From positions 3,800 to 67,799 of the forward strand of contig JBFLXH010000009.1 in NCBI GenBank assembly GCA_040757295.1: DNA of 64,000 nt, given 5' to 3'. The translations under genes were made by a program, and so were the position numbers. This document shows positions 19,159 through 30,072 of this stretch, one piece after another. Source of the DNA: Bacillota bacterium (lineage in GTDB: Bacteria; Bacillota; PH28-bin88). The notes under the pieces were generated by a model, which had not been told where the DNA came from, did no database searches, and saw only the letters and a program-made list of their open reading frames with translations. Numbering within the stretch: the first letter of the stretch is position 1; each line of letters starts with the position of its first letter.

Positions 19159-20958
19159 CTAGAGCTCTCCGGTAAGGATGATTCCCCCAAAACCTGGTAC
19201 CCGTGGCAGAGCCAGCTGATTGCCGGTAACCGGGTAGGAATAACCGGTGCTGCACTCTGAAAAAACAATGTCCGGCGGCACATGAGGCAGGGTGATCACT
19301 AGCCCGTGGTGCTCCTGGTGCCTGTTTAATACAACTAGGGCTATTTCCTGCTCGCTGCGCCTCAGATAACAGTAAAGTCCCCTGTTGTCATCAGCGAATA
19401 GCGTTTCAAAAGTGCCGGTTTTTAGGACTGGGTGCTTGTGCCTTGCAGCAATGAGGGTTTTATATAAGGAAAAGAGATCATGATCCTGGCGGTCCTTTTC
19501 CCAGACCATGGTGCCGCGGCAGCCTGGGTCCGGTCCCCCGGTCATTCCTACCTCATCGCCGTAATACACCATCGGTGCCCCAAGGTAAGTCATTTGAAAT
19601 ATAAGGGCGGGCCGCAAGCGGTCCTTTGCTGCCTGATATGCCTCTTCCTCTGTAAGCCCATGGGGCAGATGGTTGATGAACTCTGTGATAATCCTAGCTG
19701 TGTCGTGGCTTCCAAGGAGGTTGAGAAGGCAGCCATGAACCTGCTCCGGGTAGCGCAGGCGGATCAGGCCCAAAAGATAGTCAAAGGTCTGCAGACCAAT
19801 TCTGTTTTTTGCAAAACAGTCAATGACCAGGTCTCGGAAAAGATAATTCATAACCCCGTCGAACTGGTCACCCTGCAGCCAAGGCCTGCCATCCCGCCAT
19901 ATTTCGCCAACAATGTAGGTTTCAGGGTTAATCCCTTTTGCCACTTGGCGAAACTCCTGCCAAAACTCATGTTCCACTTCATTAGGCACATCAAGGCGCC
20001 AACCGTCTGCGCCTCTCTTAGTCCAGAAGGCGGCTGTCTCCAGTAAATATTTTCTCGTTTCTGGGTTTTTTACATTTAATTTGGGCAGGTCCGCAAAATC
20101 CCACCAACAGGCGTAGTTTGGCGGGTGTTTTGAAATCGGGTACCCGTAGATATAATACCAGTTTTTGTAGCGCGAGGCGTACCCATGCTGGACAATATCC
20201 TGAAAGGCCCAAAACTCATCACCGGTATGATTAAAAACACAATCCAGCACGAGTTTGATTTGGTGCTTCCGAAAGGTATCCACCAACTTATTAAAAGTGT
20301 CCATGTCTCCGAAATGGGGATCGATTTTCATGTAATCCATGGTATCATACTTGTGATTAGAGACCGAGGCAAAAATGGGATTCAGCCAAACAGCATTAAC
20401 CCCCAGTTCCACCAAATGATGAATTTTGGCTGCAATTCCCTGCAGGTCCCCACCAAAAAAATTGGTTCTGGTTGGTATTCCGCCCCAGGGTTCTGTTTTA
20501 GGTGGATCGTTACTGGGGTCCCCATTATAGAACCTTTCGGGAAAGATCTGGTAAAACACTGCCTCCTGAACCCAGTCCGGTACAACAAAAACCTGGTCAG
20601 GCTGCCAGGAGCCGCTAAAGGGCTGCAGGTTTTTCGGGAAGTCAGGCCCGGTTTCTACACCGCCAGAGCCGATCCAGTAACTGAAGCCGTCGGATACAAG
20701 TTGAAAAAGGTACTTAAGCTGAGGTTTGCTGGTAGTAACATAGGTTTGATAGTAAACAGACCTGGGGGTAGCAGCAAAGGGATACATAGTTTTGGGCTGC
20801 CAATCTCCATCCAAATACCAGACCTGGCAGGTTGCCTCGGTTTTCGGCCTGACCCGTAATTTAAGGGATACCGTATCGGGTTTAATCGGTTTAAAATATC
20901 GCTTAACTTGACGGTGATAAAACCGGTAGGGCAGTTTAAAGTCATCTTTTCTGTTCAA
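19159..20958 (-). CDS. GH13 alpha-amylase-family glycosidase (neopullulanase/cyclomaltodextrinase-like)
   Basis: GH13 catalytic regions 'DAVWLNPIF', 'GWRLDVPNEV', 'EIWRD' and 'FNHTGDEF'. 599 aa with an N-terminal E-set-like domain. Confidence 0.9.
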   Translation of the reverse strand: MNRKDDFKLPYRFYHRQVKRYFKPIKPDTVSLKLRVRPKTEATCQVWYLDGDWQPKTMYPFAATPRSVYYQTYVTTSKPQLKYLFQLVSDGFSYWIGSGGVETGPDFPKNLQPFSGSWQPDQVFVVPDWVQEAVFYQIFPERFYNGDPSNDPPKTEPWGGIPTRTNFFGGDLQGIAAKIHHLVELGVNAVWLNPIFASVSNHKYDTMDYMKIDPHFGDMDTFNKLVDTFRKHQIKLVLDCVFNHTGDEFWAFQDIVQHGYASRYKNWYYIYGYPISKHPPNYACWWDFADLPKLNVKNPETRKYLLETAAFWTKRGADGWRLDVPNEVEHEFWQEFRQVAKGINPETYIVGEIWRDGRPWLQGDQFDGVMNYLFRDLVIDCFAKNRIGLQTFDYLLGLIRLRYPEQVHGCLLNLLGSHDTARIITEFINHLPHGLTEEEAYQAAKDRLRPALIFQMTYLGAPMVYYGDEVGMTGGPDPGCRGTMVWEKDRQDHDLFSLYKTLIAARHKHPVLKTGTFETLFADDNRGLYCYLRRSEQEIALVVLNRHQEHHGLVITLPHVPPDIVFSECSTGYSYPVTGNQLALPRVPGFGGIILTGEL

Positions 20959-21105
20959 CCCTGATTCACTCCAATCACCTTCATATCAGGGGAGGGTTTT
21001 GCTCCAAGTTTAATCTATGGTATTATTTGAAAGACAGGGGAAAAATATGTTTCCTTTTTTGAGATAGATAAAGGTCCGGATAAAAGGTCCGCAGGGAGGA
21101 ACGTA

Positions 21106-22026
21106 ATGAACTGGGCTGTTGTTGCCGAAAAACTGTTTAAAAGATATCAAGCCCTGGAGGCTGTAAAAGGCATCAGTTTCCGGATTGGCAGCCATGAATG
21201 CTATGGATTCCTTGGGCCAAACGGAGCCGGTAAGACTACCACCTTAAAAATGATATACGGTTTTTCTCCTTTAACCGCTGGTAAACTGCTGGTACTGGGA
21301 ATGGATGTGACGGCTGAATTAAGAAGCATTAAGGCCCGGATCGGGGTGGTGCCCCAGGAAGACAACCTGGACCCGGAGTTGACGGTCTTGGAGAACTTGT
21401 TGATGTTTTCTTCCTATTTCGGAATTAGTAAGGAAGAGGCCTTGGGTCGAGCTCCCCGATTGCTGCAGTTTGTGGAGATTGAAGACCGGGCCAATACCCC
21501 GGTGGAGGAACTTTCCGGCGGCTTAAAACGTCGGTTAACCATTGCCAGGGCTCTTGTCAATCAGCCGGAAGTTCTGCTTTTGGATGAACCAACCACAGGG
21601 CTAGACCCACAAGCCCGGCGCTTGATCTGGGACCGGCTGCTGCACCTGAAGCAGGAAGGTGTTACCATCATCCTAACAACTCACTACATGGAGGAAGCCC
21701 ATCGCTTGTGTGACCGCATTGCCATGATGGATCTGGGGGAAATATTGGCCGAAGGGCCGCCGGACCAACTGGTCTCCTTGCATGCAGGCAGGGAAGTATT
21801 GGAGCTTGGCGGCGCTGCCAAGCAAAGGGAAGCTATTGAGAAGACCTTGGAAGGCCTGTACAGCCATTCCTTAGTAGTAGGGGAATCTCTTTTCCTCTAT
21901 TCCAATAACGGTAAAGAGTTGTGGTACAGGTTGCAACAGGCGAACGGCATGATCAGCCATCAGCTGCTCCGGCCCACTAACTTGGAAGACGTTTTTTTAA
22001 AGCTGACTGGCAGGGGGTTGGATTGA
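21106..22026 (+). CDS. ABC transporter ATP-binding protein (ABC-2/DrrA-like)
   Basis: Walker A 'GPNGAGKTT', signature 'LSGGLKRRL', Walker B 'LLLDEPTTGLD'. Confidence 0.9.
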   Translation: MNWAVVAEKLFKRYQALEAVKGISFRIGSHECYGFLGPNGAGKTTTLKMIYGFSPLTAGKLLVLGMDVTAELRSIKARIGVVPQEDNLDPELTVLENLLMFSSYFGISKEEALGRAPRLLQFVEIEDRANTPVEELSGGLKRRLTIARALVNQPEVLLLDEPTTGLDPQARRLIWDRLLHLKQEGVTIILTTHYMEEAHRLCDRIAMMDLGEILAEGPPDQLVSLHAGREVLELGGAAKQREAIEKTLEGLYSHSLVVGESLFLYSNNGKELWYRLQQANGMISHQLLRPTNLEDVFLKLTGRGLD

Positions 22027-22814
22027 TGGTTGGCCTAAAATGGTGGCAGATGCCGCTCATATCCTATCGCTCTTGGTTGGTGGTGCGGCGCAACCTGATG
22101 GTTTTTAAAAAGACCTGGCTTACCAATATCGGGTTTAACTTTATTGAGCCACTTTTGTACTTGACGGCCCTCGGGCTTGGCCTGGGAGCTTATGTGAAGG
22201 AGATTCAAGGTTTGCCGTATATCCAGTGGATCGCGCCTGGCCTAATTGCGTCTTCAGCCATGTGGGCAACAGCGATAGAAACTACCTATGACAGCTTTAT
22301 GCGAATGAAATATCAACGAATTTACCATGCCATTGCAGCAACCCCAATCAGCCTGGAGGAAGTAGTTGTTGGAGAAATGCTGTTCGGTACTTTCAAAAGC
22401 CTGCTTTATGGTTCAGTTTTCCTTTTGGTGATATTTATAGCCGGCCTGGTTCCTGCGGCAACAGCCTTGCTGGTACCTTTGGTTCTGGTCATTAGCGGGT
22501 TGATCTTTGCGGAATTGGGGATAACCTGGACGGGTCTGGTACCCAAGACGGATCATTTTAGTTATTTCTTTACCCTGATTATTACTCCCATGTTTCTGTT
22601 CGGGGGGATATTCTTTCCTTTAGAAGGGATGCCAGCCGTTGTGCAGGCAGTTGCCTGGCTTACCCCCCTTTATCATTCTGTTCAGCTCATTAGAAGCCTG
22701 GTATTAGGGCAATATTCTTGGCTCTTGTTCGGCCATGCCGCCTGGTTGGCTACTTTTGCCGTGATTTTCTTCCGGATCCCCCTTTTTCTGGTTAGGAAAA
22801 AATTGGTGCAATAG
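22023..22814 (+). CDS. ABC-2 type transporter permease
   Basis: Six-TM hydrophobic protein, translationally coupled to the ATPase (ATGA overlap). Confidence 0.8.
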   Translation: MMVGLKWWQMPLISYRSWLVVRRNLMVFKKTWLTNIGFNFIEPLLYLTALGLGLGAYVKEIQGLPYIQWIAPGLIASSAMWATAIETTYDSFMRMKYQRIYHAIAATPISLEEVVVGEMLFGTFKSLLYGSVFLLVIFIAGLVPAATALLVPLVLVISGLIFAELGITWTGLVPKTDHFSYFFTLIITPMFLFGGIFFPLEGMPAVVQAVAWLTPLYHSVQLIRSLVLGQYSWLLFGHAAWLATFAVIFFRIPLFLVRKKLVQ

Positions 22815-22888
22815 TTCCCCATCGGTTATTAATTGAGGGGTTACTCCATAAATTTAGGATATATTTTTGATCAGGAAAGTGATGTGCA

Positions 22889-23968
22889 ATGACTTGGTTG
22901 GTTAGAGTACGGGCTAGAATACTGAAAACAGGGATTGCCATAGCTTTGGCCCTGACTTTCGCTTCTTGGCTGGGGCTAAAGCCTGGCACTCTGGCAGCTG
23001 TTGCTGCTGTGGTTGCCATGCAGCCCTCCATCAACAAATCTTATAAAACCACTAAGATGCAACTGGTCGCCAATTTCTTTGGCGCCGTAATAGGCGTGGT
23101 TTTTGCCCTTTATATCGGGTATCATCCCGTGGTAGTAGGCATAGCTTCGATTATGGTGATGACAGTTGCGGTAAGGTTGGGGTTTGCTGATGCGGTAACC
23201 ATGGCAGCCATTACCGTTATTGCTATCATGGATAGCCCGGACGCTGACCTGTTGAAATTCGCTCTGAACCGGCTGGCCTTGGTTACTATGGGTTTAGCGA
23301 CAGCTTTCGCTGTTAATGTGGTTATTATGCCGCCGGACTACAGATCCCGGTTGCTGGAGGAAATTGATCATACCCGCAAAAAACTGGAGCGGCTCATGGA
23401 GGCTGTACATGCTGAGATTGCCAGCTCGGACCTTGGCGCCAAATCCCTCATTAAGCAAATGGCTGATGATATCAGATCTGAAATAAATAAGTGCCGGGAA
23501 TTGTACAGCCTGGCAACAGAAAACAGTCTTCCCCTGTTGCTTCCGGGCAAGCAGTTGGAAGATACCAACCGTTGGATTAATGCAATGTATTCCAACCTGG
23601 AGAGACTGTTAGAAGTCCACCATAGCGGGGTCCTGATAGCTGCCGAAGATCAAATGCCCGAACAAAAGCAGGACCTTGCGGAACTTGGCCGGCTTGCCCT
23701 GGAAGTACACCGCCAAGTATTTAACCACCTGATTTTTGGCCACGACTTGAATTCCAATCTCTTAAGCGAATACAACAAAAAACAACTCCAAATCAAAGCG
23801 ACCATTATGCAGGTCTACCGCACTAAGGACATGTTTGAATACCACAATATTTTAATGGAGTATAACCGGTTGGTGCGAAAGACCTGCAAATTAACCACAG
23901 TCCTAGCCCTCGAACTAGATAATAGCTCGGTTACAGGGTCATTACATCAGGAGCCGGCTTCCCATTAG
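22889..23968 (+). CDS. DUF939/UPF0421 'aromatic acid exporter' family membrane protein (YgaE-like)
   Basis: N-terminal 4-5 TM region followed by a long coiled C-terminal cytoplasmic domain; resembles Bacillus YgaE/YqjA. Confidence 0.6.
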   Translation: MTWLVRVRARILKTGIAIALALTFASWLGLKPGTLAAVAAVVAMQPSINKSYKTTKMQLVANFFGAVIGVVFALYIGYHPVVVGIASIMVMTVAVRLGFADAVTMAAITVIAIMDSPDADLLKFALNRLALVTMGLATAFAVNVVIMPPDYRSRLLEEIDHTRKKLERLMEAVHAEIASSDLGAKSLIKQMADDIRSEINKCRELYSLATENSLPLLLPGKQLEDTNRWINAMYSNLERLLEVHHSGVLIAAEDQMPEQKQDLAELGRLALEVHRQVFNHLIFGHDLNSNLLSEYNKKQLQIKATIMQVYRTKDMFEYHNILMEYNRLVRKTCKLTTVLALELDNSSVTGSLHQEPASH

Positions 23969-23994
23969 TGATATTAAACTGGAGGGATTGGGCA

Positions 23995-25155
23995 TTAGAA
24001 AATATTGGCTTCATGTTGTTTTCTGCCTGCATTACTGGAAAACCTGGCAGGCGACAGGGTGCTGATATCCATTGAACTGGTTTTTCCATCAACTAGCAGT
24101 TCAGCCAATAACAAGCCAATGGCCGGTGAATGCATAAACCCGTGGCCGGTGAAACCGTTGGCACAGTAAAAACCTTCCGCTTCCTGAGCCTCCCCTAGGA
24201 CAGGCTGGAAGTCGGGCGTAACAGACCGGATCCCGGCATAGGCCTTGGTGATCTTTGCTTCGTCCAGTATGGGTATCCGTTTCACCGCAGCTTGGGCGAC
24301 TGGTTCGAAACCGCTCCAATCAACGGTAGTGTCCATGCCTGCGGCTGCCGTTTTATCGGTTCCCCCCATCAAGAGTTGGCCGTTTTGTTCCTGATGCAGG
24401 TAAAACCCGGTGTCCATATCTACCGTTAGGGGTATGGTTCTTGGCAGACCATGGATAGGCTCAGCCACAAAAACCTGCCGGCGGTAGGGTGTTACCGGAA
24501 GGTTTACTCCTGCTAAACCAGCCACACTGGCGGCATAGGGGCCGCCGGCGTTAATTATCTTTGTTGTGGAAACAGCCTGCTTGGGGGTAATCACCTGCCG
24601 GACTTTCCCCTTTTCTACAATTATGCTAATAACAGGTTCCTCAAAAAATAATTTGACCCCAAGCCTTTTCCCGTGGTTCAGGTACCCTTTGACCATTTCG
24701 TAAGGATCCGCGGACCCATCAATAGGGCAAAAACTGCCGCCATGGAGGTCGGCGGTTTTCAGGTATGGAAACCTCCGACCGATCTCTTCCCGGTTCAATA
24801 ACTGGGAGGGTACCCCCAGTTCCTGCTGCTGGCGGATATCTTTGGCAAACAGCTCCATTTGCTCAAGGCGGGAGGTAACAAAAAGATAGCCGTTTTGCCG
24901 GTAGTTGATAGGATAGCCCATTTCTTCCGCAAAGGATTGAAAAAAGGGAACGCTGAGGAGAGATAGCTCTACGTTTTCTCTGGCAGAAAACTGGTGGCGG
25001 ATGCCGCCGGTGCAGGCTGCCGTGGAACCGGTTCCTTCAAACATCTCTTTTTCCAAGACTATGACCTTTAAGTTGGGGTCTTTTTTCTTTAAGTTATAGG
25101 CTACGCTTAAACCAATGATTCCGGCTCCTATCACAACTACATCGGCAGTATGCAT
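23995..25155 (-). CDS. FAD-dependent oxidoreductase (DAO family; sarcosine/glycine oxidase beta-like)
   Basis: 'VVVIGAGIIGLSVAY' Rossmann dinucleotide-binding motif and DAO-family architecture. 386 aa. Confidence 0.8.
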   Translation of the reverse strand: MHTADVVVIGAGIIGLSVAYNLKKKDPNLKVIVLEKEMFEGTGSTAACTGGIRHQFSARENVELSLLSVPFFQSFAEEMGYPINYRQNGYLFVTSRLEQMELFAKDIRQQQELGVPSQLLNREEIGRRFPYLKTADLHGGSFCPIDGSADPYEMVKGYLNHGKRLGVKLFFEEPVISIIVEKGKVRQVITPKQAVSTTKIINAGGPYAASVAGLAGVNLPVTPYRRQVFVAEPIHGLPRTIPLTVDMDTGFYLHQEQNGQLLMGGTDKTAAAGMDTTVDWSGFEPVAQAAVKRIPILDEAKITKAYAGIRSVTPDFQPVLGEAQEAEGFYCANGFTGHGFMHSPAIGLLLAELLVDGKTSSMDISTLSPARFSSNAGRKQHEANIF

Positions 25156-25281
25156 TGTTTACCACTCCTATCAACCTGATAACCTCATTTTAGCCTTTGC
25201 CTCGCCTCGCAGTCAACCGGAACGATGGTTTCGGATAGCTCCCCTTGACAAGGATATAATAAGGGTTGGAGGTGGATTAAA

Positions 25282-25500
25282 GTGACTGATAAAAAAGATG
25301 GAATTGAAGATAACCTGGAAAGGGAGGACAAGTGGAACCATCAAGCTCTGGCAGACCAATACAAGAACCATGACCAGCGGGAAAAGTTCCTCTTGGACAT
25401 CCTGCAGAGAAAGACTGGTATGACGGCGGACAGGGAGAAAATTCCTTCTGGTTTTAGGACCATGCACCCAAAAATTCTTCCACCGAATAAGGAAGAATAA
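25282..25500 (+). CDS. Small highly charged protein of unknown function
   Basis: 72-aa ORF with GTG start 6 nt after GGAGGTGG and an intrinsic terminator immediately downstream. Confidence 0.4.
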   Translation: MTDKKDGIEDNLEREDKWNHQALADQYKNHDQREKFLLDILQRKTGMTADREKIPSGFRTMHPKILPPNKEE

Positions 25501-25536
25501 TTACTCGAGAGTATCCTTGACCCGATGTTTATAAAC

Positions 25537-25560
25537 GCCCGGATTAATCCGGGCTTTGTT
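25537..25560 (+). terminator. Intrinsic terminator
   Basis: gcccgga-ttaa-tccgggc followed by TTTGTT, and a second T7 run 15 nt downstream. Confidence 0.5.
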
Positions 25561-25649
25561 CACGTAAGCGTTTTTTTAGAGGAGTTTAATTACCATATGT
25601 GGAAATATTTTTTGAACCTATGTAACCATTCGGAGGGGGCTGATCCCAG

Positions 25650-26705
25650 ATGCGGTTTGACAAACCAGTATTGGCCATAGACGTAGGCGGAGGGACGCAG
25701 GATATTTTTTTATTTCAACCCGGTCAGCCGGTGGAAAACTGTGTGCAGATGGTCCTTCCTTCCCAGACCCAGGTAATTGCACGGCAGATCAGTGAAATTA
25801 CCAGAAGAAGAAAAGACCTGTTCCTCACGGGCAGCTTAATGGGCGGGGGGGCTTCCAGTTCAGCCGTACGGAAACACCTTGCCGCCGGGTGCCGGGTTTA
25901 TGCTAATCCTAATGCAGCCAAAACCTTGAACGATGACCTGGATAAGGTGCGGGCCATGGGGGTTATTATTACTGAAAATCCACCCGAAAATTGTATTTCA
26001 GTCACTATGGGCGACATCAACCTGCCGGCCTTGACAGCGGCTCTTAAGCCTTTTGCAGTTGAGCTGCCGGAACATATTGCAGTTGCTGTGCAGGATCATG
26101 GTGAAAGCCTGGGCATAAGCAACCGGTTATTTCGTTTCCAACACTGGCAGCGCTTCATGGAGGAAGTTGGGGGGGATATCCGGGGGCTTTTATATAAGGA
26201 GATTCCCTCATACCTAACCAGAATGCTGGCCGTCAAAGCGGCAGTGCCCCACGCCTATCTGGCCGACACGGGTACCGCTGCTATTTGGGGAGCATTGGAA
26301 GACCCGCAGGTAGACGACAGACGGGCAGAAGGGGTAATCCTGCTCAATGTGGGGAATCAGCATACTGTGGGAGTACTGCTGAAAGGATGGCAGGTCTATG
26401 GGCTGTTTGAGCATCATACCGGTTTGTTGAACCCTGTAAAATTAATCGATTATGTCAACCGGCTCCGTTGCGGAGTCTTAACCCATGCCGAAGTATACCA
26501 GGATGGCGGCCATGGCTGTTATATTAGCCCTCACTATAGTCCGGCGCAAGGTTTTTCGCTGGTAGCCGTCACTGGGCCAAAGCGGGCCATGAGCCAGGAA
26601 GCCGGGTATTATTTGGCTGTGCCCCACGGCAACATGATGCTGGCCGGCGCCTTCGGGCTGGTGGCAGCTTTAGCTGCCCAACAAAGAAATCGCCAAGAGC
26701 AATAA
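25650..26705 (+). CDS. ASKHA-superfamily (acetate/sugar kinase/Hsp70/actin fold) ATPase-like protein, DUF1786/DUF1464-like
   Basis: Phosphate-1-like 'VLAIDVGGGTQDIFLF', 'ILLNVGNQHTVGVLL' and a C-terminal 'MLAGAFGL' adenosine-motif-like segment. No Fe-S cysteine motifs. Confidence 0.55.
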   Translation: MRFDKPVLAIDVGGGTQDIFLFQPGQPVENCVQMVLPSQTQVIARQISEITRRRKDLFLTGSLMGGGASSSAVRKHLAAGCRVYANPNAAKTLNDDLDKVRAMGVIITENPPENCISVTMGDINLPALTAALKPFAVELPEHIAVAVQDHGESLGISNRLFRFQHWQRFMEEVGGDIRGLLYKEIPSYLTRMLAVKAAVPHAYLADTGTAAIWGALEDPQVDDRRAEGVILLNVGNQHTVGVLLKGWQVYGLFEHHTGLLNPVKLIDYVNRLRCGVLTHAEVYQDGGHGCYISPHYSPAQGFSLVAVTGPKRAMSQEAGYYLAVPHGNMMLAGAFGLVAALAAQQRNRQEQ

Positions 26706-26794
26706 AGCAAACAAATCGCAAAATATTTTACTTGTCCGGGAAAAGACGACGATGATAAAATTGAATAAGAAAGGATAGCAAGGAGGTTTTAGCC

Positions 26795-27424
26795 ATGTCT
26801 GTGTTGGAAGATATCAAGCAAGCAGTGATTAACGGGAACCCTCCTAAAGTGAAAGAGTTTACCGAAAAAGCCCTGGCCGGTGGCCTTAACCCTAACGATG
26901 TGATCAACGAAGGCTTAATCGGCGGTATGAGCATTATTGGAGTTAAGTTTAAAAATAATGAAGTTTATGTTCCCGAGGTGCTGATTGCGGCCAGAGCAAT
27001 GCATGCGGGAATGGGTGTTATTAAACCCCTGTTGGCTGGCGGCGATATTCAGTCTAAGGGTACATTTGTAATCGGCACTGTCAAGGGCGATCTCCACGAT
27101 ATCGGAAAAAACCTTGTGATTATGATGCTAGAAGGCGCCGGTTTTAAGGTTATTGACCTGGGAATAGATGTTCCAACGGAAAAGTTTGTCCAGGCCATTA
27201 AAGAACACAAACCTCAGATCGTAGGACTTTCAGCGCTGTTAACAACTACCATGACCCAGATGAAATCCACCGTTGAAGAACTTAAACCTTACCGCAATTC
27301 AATTAAGGTGATGATTGGCGGAGCTCCTGTAACTGAAAGGTTTGCTGAGGAAATTGGAGCCGATGCTTATGCTCCCGATGCTGCCACGGCTGTTGAAATA
27401 GCGACGGAACTGCTAGCTTCATAG
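26795..27424 (+). CDS. Cobalamin-binding corrinoid protein (MtaC/MtbC type)
   Basis: B12-binding Rossmann domain with base-off/His-on motif 'GDLHDIGKN' and an N-terminal helical cap. 209 aa. Confidence 0.9.
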   Translation: MSVLEDIKQAVINGNPPKVKEFTEKALAGGLNPNDVINEGLIGGMSIIGVKFKNNEVYVPEVLIAARAMHAGMGVIKPLLAGGDIQSKGTFVIGTVKGDLHDIGKNLVIMMLEGAGFKVIDLGIDVPTEKFVQAIKEHKPQIVGLSALLTTTMTQMKSTVEELKPYRNSIKVMIGGAPVTERFAEEIGADAYAPDAATAVEIATELLAS

Positions 27425-27445
27425 GTGAAAGGAGGCCGGCTTTTA

Positions 27446-28243
27446 ATGCTGGTTGTAGGTGAGTTGATCAATTCTACCCGCAAAGCTATTGCCCAGGCTC
27501 TTGAGCAAAGAGATAAGGCCTACTTGCAGGATTTAGCCCGCTGCCAGGTAGAATCAGGCGCCCAAATTATCGATGTCAATGCGGCAGCCGGGGGTAATGA
27601 AGTAGATAACATGAAATGGCTGGTAGAAATCGTTCAGGAGGCTGTGGAAGTTCCTTTATGTGTTGACAGCCCCAACGCTCTTGCCATGGAGGCCGGTCTC
27701 AGCATGTGCCGGGAAAAAGCCATGCTGAATTCCATTACGGCAGAAAACCGGCGCTGGAATGAACTGCTGCCTGTTGTACAAAAATACAGGCCACGAGTAA
27801 TAGCCCTTTGCATGGGCGATGGGGCAATGCCGGAGACTACTCTGGACCGCTTGCGGGAAGCGGAAAAGCTGGTTCCCGGCCTGGTGGCCGCGGGTATCCC
27901 GCTAGAAGACATTTACCTGGATCCGTTAATCAAACCCCTCGGCGTAAATACTCAGTTCGCCATGGAAGCCATCGAAAGTACCCGTGCCCTGCGCCAGGAA
28001 TATCCCGGTGTTCATATCATTTGCGGTTTGTCCAATGTTTCCTATGGCTTGCCGGAGCGCCGCTTGTTAAACAGAGCTTTTATGGTAATGGCAATTTCTG
28101 CTGGTATGGATGCCTTCATTATGGATCCCTTGGACCAGCCGATGATGTCCTTGCTGGCTGCTGCTAAAGCCTTAGTTGGACAGGACGAATACTGTTTGGA
28201 GTATATTTCCGGTGTCAGGGCAGGAAAGTTCAAGGCAGGCTGA
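27446..28243 (+). CDS. Methyltetrahydrofolate:corrinoid methyltransferase (pterin-binding, AcsE/MtrH-like; MT-II component)
   Basis: 'IGELINSTRKAIAQALEQRD', 'IIDVNAAAGG', 'MKWLVEIVQEAVEVPLCVDSPN', 'MLNSITAEN' and 'GLSNVSYGLPERRLLNRAF' closely track AcsE. Start at ATG 27446 after GAAAGGAGG. Confidence 0.8.
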   Translation: MLVVGELINSTRKAIAQALEQRDKAYLQDLARCQVESGAQIIDVNAAAGGNEVDNMKWLVEIVQEAVEVPLCVDSPNALAMEAGLSMCREKAMLNSITAENRRWNELLPVVQKYRPRVIALCMGDGAMPETTLDRLREAEKLVPGLVAAGIPLEDIYLDPLIKPLGVNTQFAMEAIESTRALRQEYPGVHIICGLSNVSYGLPERRLLNRAFMVMAISAGMDAFIMDPLDQPMMSLLAAAKALVGQDEYCLEYISGVRAGKFKAG

Positions 28244-28314
28244 AGTATCTAGACCTTGACAAAACTTTAAGAATAAAGATAAAATAAACCCAATAAAACA
28301 TAAGCCTTTAAGTT

Positions 28315-28999
<685 letters not shown>

Positions 29000-29037
29000 A
29001 GAACAGTAAAGCAGAAAAAACTTGGTTCCTTTTAAAC

Positions 29038-29105
29038 CGGTCCCGCGAGGCTGGAAAGGGAGTCCCTGGATTTCAGGCCTCCCTCTGGCTGGCGGGAGGC
29101 CAAAT
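29038..29105 (+). promoter_or_regulatory. Second PyrR-binding attenuator (pyrR-pyrB intergenic)
   Basis: 'GGUCCCGCGAGGCUGGAAAGGGAG' is followed by hairpin ggcctccc...gggaggcc (29076-29101). The U-tract is weak. Confidence 0.5.
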
Positions 29106-29130
29106 TATTTATGTGAAGGAGGCAGTACCC

Positions 29131-30072
29131 ATGGTTTTTGGGCGGAAAGATTTACTAGGACTGCAAGAACTGTCGCGGGATGAAATTAATTTAATTTTGG
29201 AGACAGCCGTTCCCATGAAAGAGATTCTCCAGCGGGACATCAAAAAGGTACCTACCCTCCGGGGCCGCTCAATCCTAACCCTATTTTATGAGTCCAGTAC
29301 TCGCACCAGGACCTCATTCGAGGCAGCAGCAAAATACATGAGCGCTGATACCTTCAATATCGCTACCAGCTCCAGCAGTGTAACCAAAGGAGAAAGCCTG
29401 GTAGATACCGCCTGGACTTTGGAAGCCATGGGAGTGGATGTAGTCATTATCCGGCACTCCGCTTCCGGTTCACCACACTATCTGGCTAAAAGACTGAAAG
29501 CCTCGGTAATTAACGCCGGGGATGGCACCCACGAACACCCTACCCAGGCCCTCCTGGATATGTTTACAATCAAAGAAAAACTGGGCCGGTTAGAAGGTTT
29601 GGAAGTTGCTATCGTGGGGGATATTTTCCACAGCCGCGTCGCCCGGTCCAACATCCTGGGCCTGGTGAAAATGGGGGCCAAAGTCCGGGTGGTGGGCCCC
29701 AGCACGCTAATGCCCAAGCAAATCGGTGAACTGGGAGTTACCGTCCACTCCCGCATTGAGGAAGCCCTGGAAGGGGTGGATGTAATCAATGTGCTCAGGA
29801 TCCAAAGGGAGAGGCAGCAAAAAGGTCTGTTTCCATCCCTGAGAGAATATGCCAGGCTCTATTGCGTCACCCCTGAGCGGGTTCGCTATGCCAAGCCAGG
29901 GGCCTTGATCCTGCATCCAGGGCCAATGAACCGGGGAGTGGAAATCGCCCCCGAAGTTGCCGACGGCACCCAGTCATTAATTCTGGAACAAGTTACAAAC
30001 GGAGTTGCTGTGCGGATGGCCATACTTTACTTGATTATGGGAGGTGCAGGCTCACATGGAGTTACTGCTTAA
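29131..30072 (+). CDS. pyrB: Aspartate carbamoyltransferase catalytic subunit
   Basis: Carbamoyl-phosphate motif 'STRTRTSFE' and 'HPGP' motif. ATG 29131 lies 8 nt after GAAGGAGG. Confidence 0.9.
   Translation: MVFGRKDLLGLQELSRDEINLILETAVPMKEILQRDIKKVPTLRGRSILTLFYESSTRTRTSFEAAAKYMSADTFNIATSSSSVTKGESLVDTAWTLEAMGVDVVIIRHSASGSPHYLAKRLKASVINAGDGTHEHPTQALLDMFTIKEKLGRLEGLEVAIVGDIFHSRVARSNILGLVKMGAKVRVVGPSTLMPKQIGELGVTVHSRIEEALEGVDVINVLRIQRERQQKGLFPSLREYARLYCVTPERVRYAKPGALILHPGPMNRGVEIAPEVADGTQSLILEQVTNGVAVRMAILYLIMGGAGSHGVTA

Noticed and set aside
19480-20859. Two plus-strand ORFs (188 and 224 aa) inside the GH13 gene
   Set aside because: Antisense to a glycosidase with intact GH13 motifs; no independent support.
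25237-25257. TTGACA ... TATAAT pair upstream of the 72-aa ORF
   Set aside because: The two hexamers are only 4 nt apart, which is incompatible with a sigma-70 promoter.
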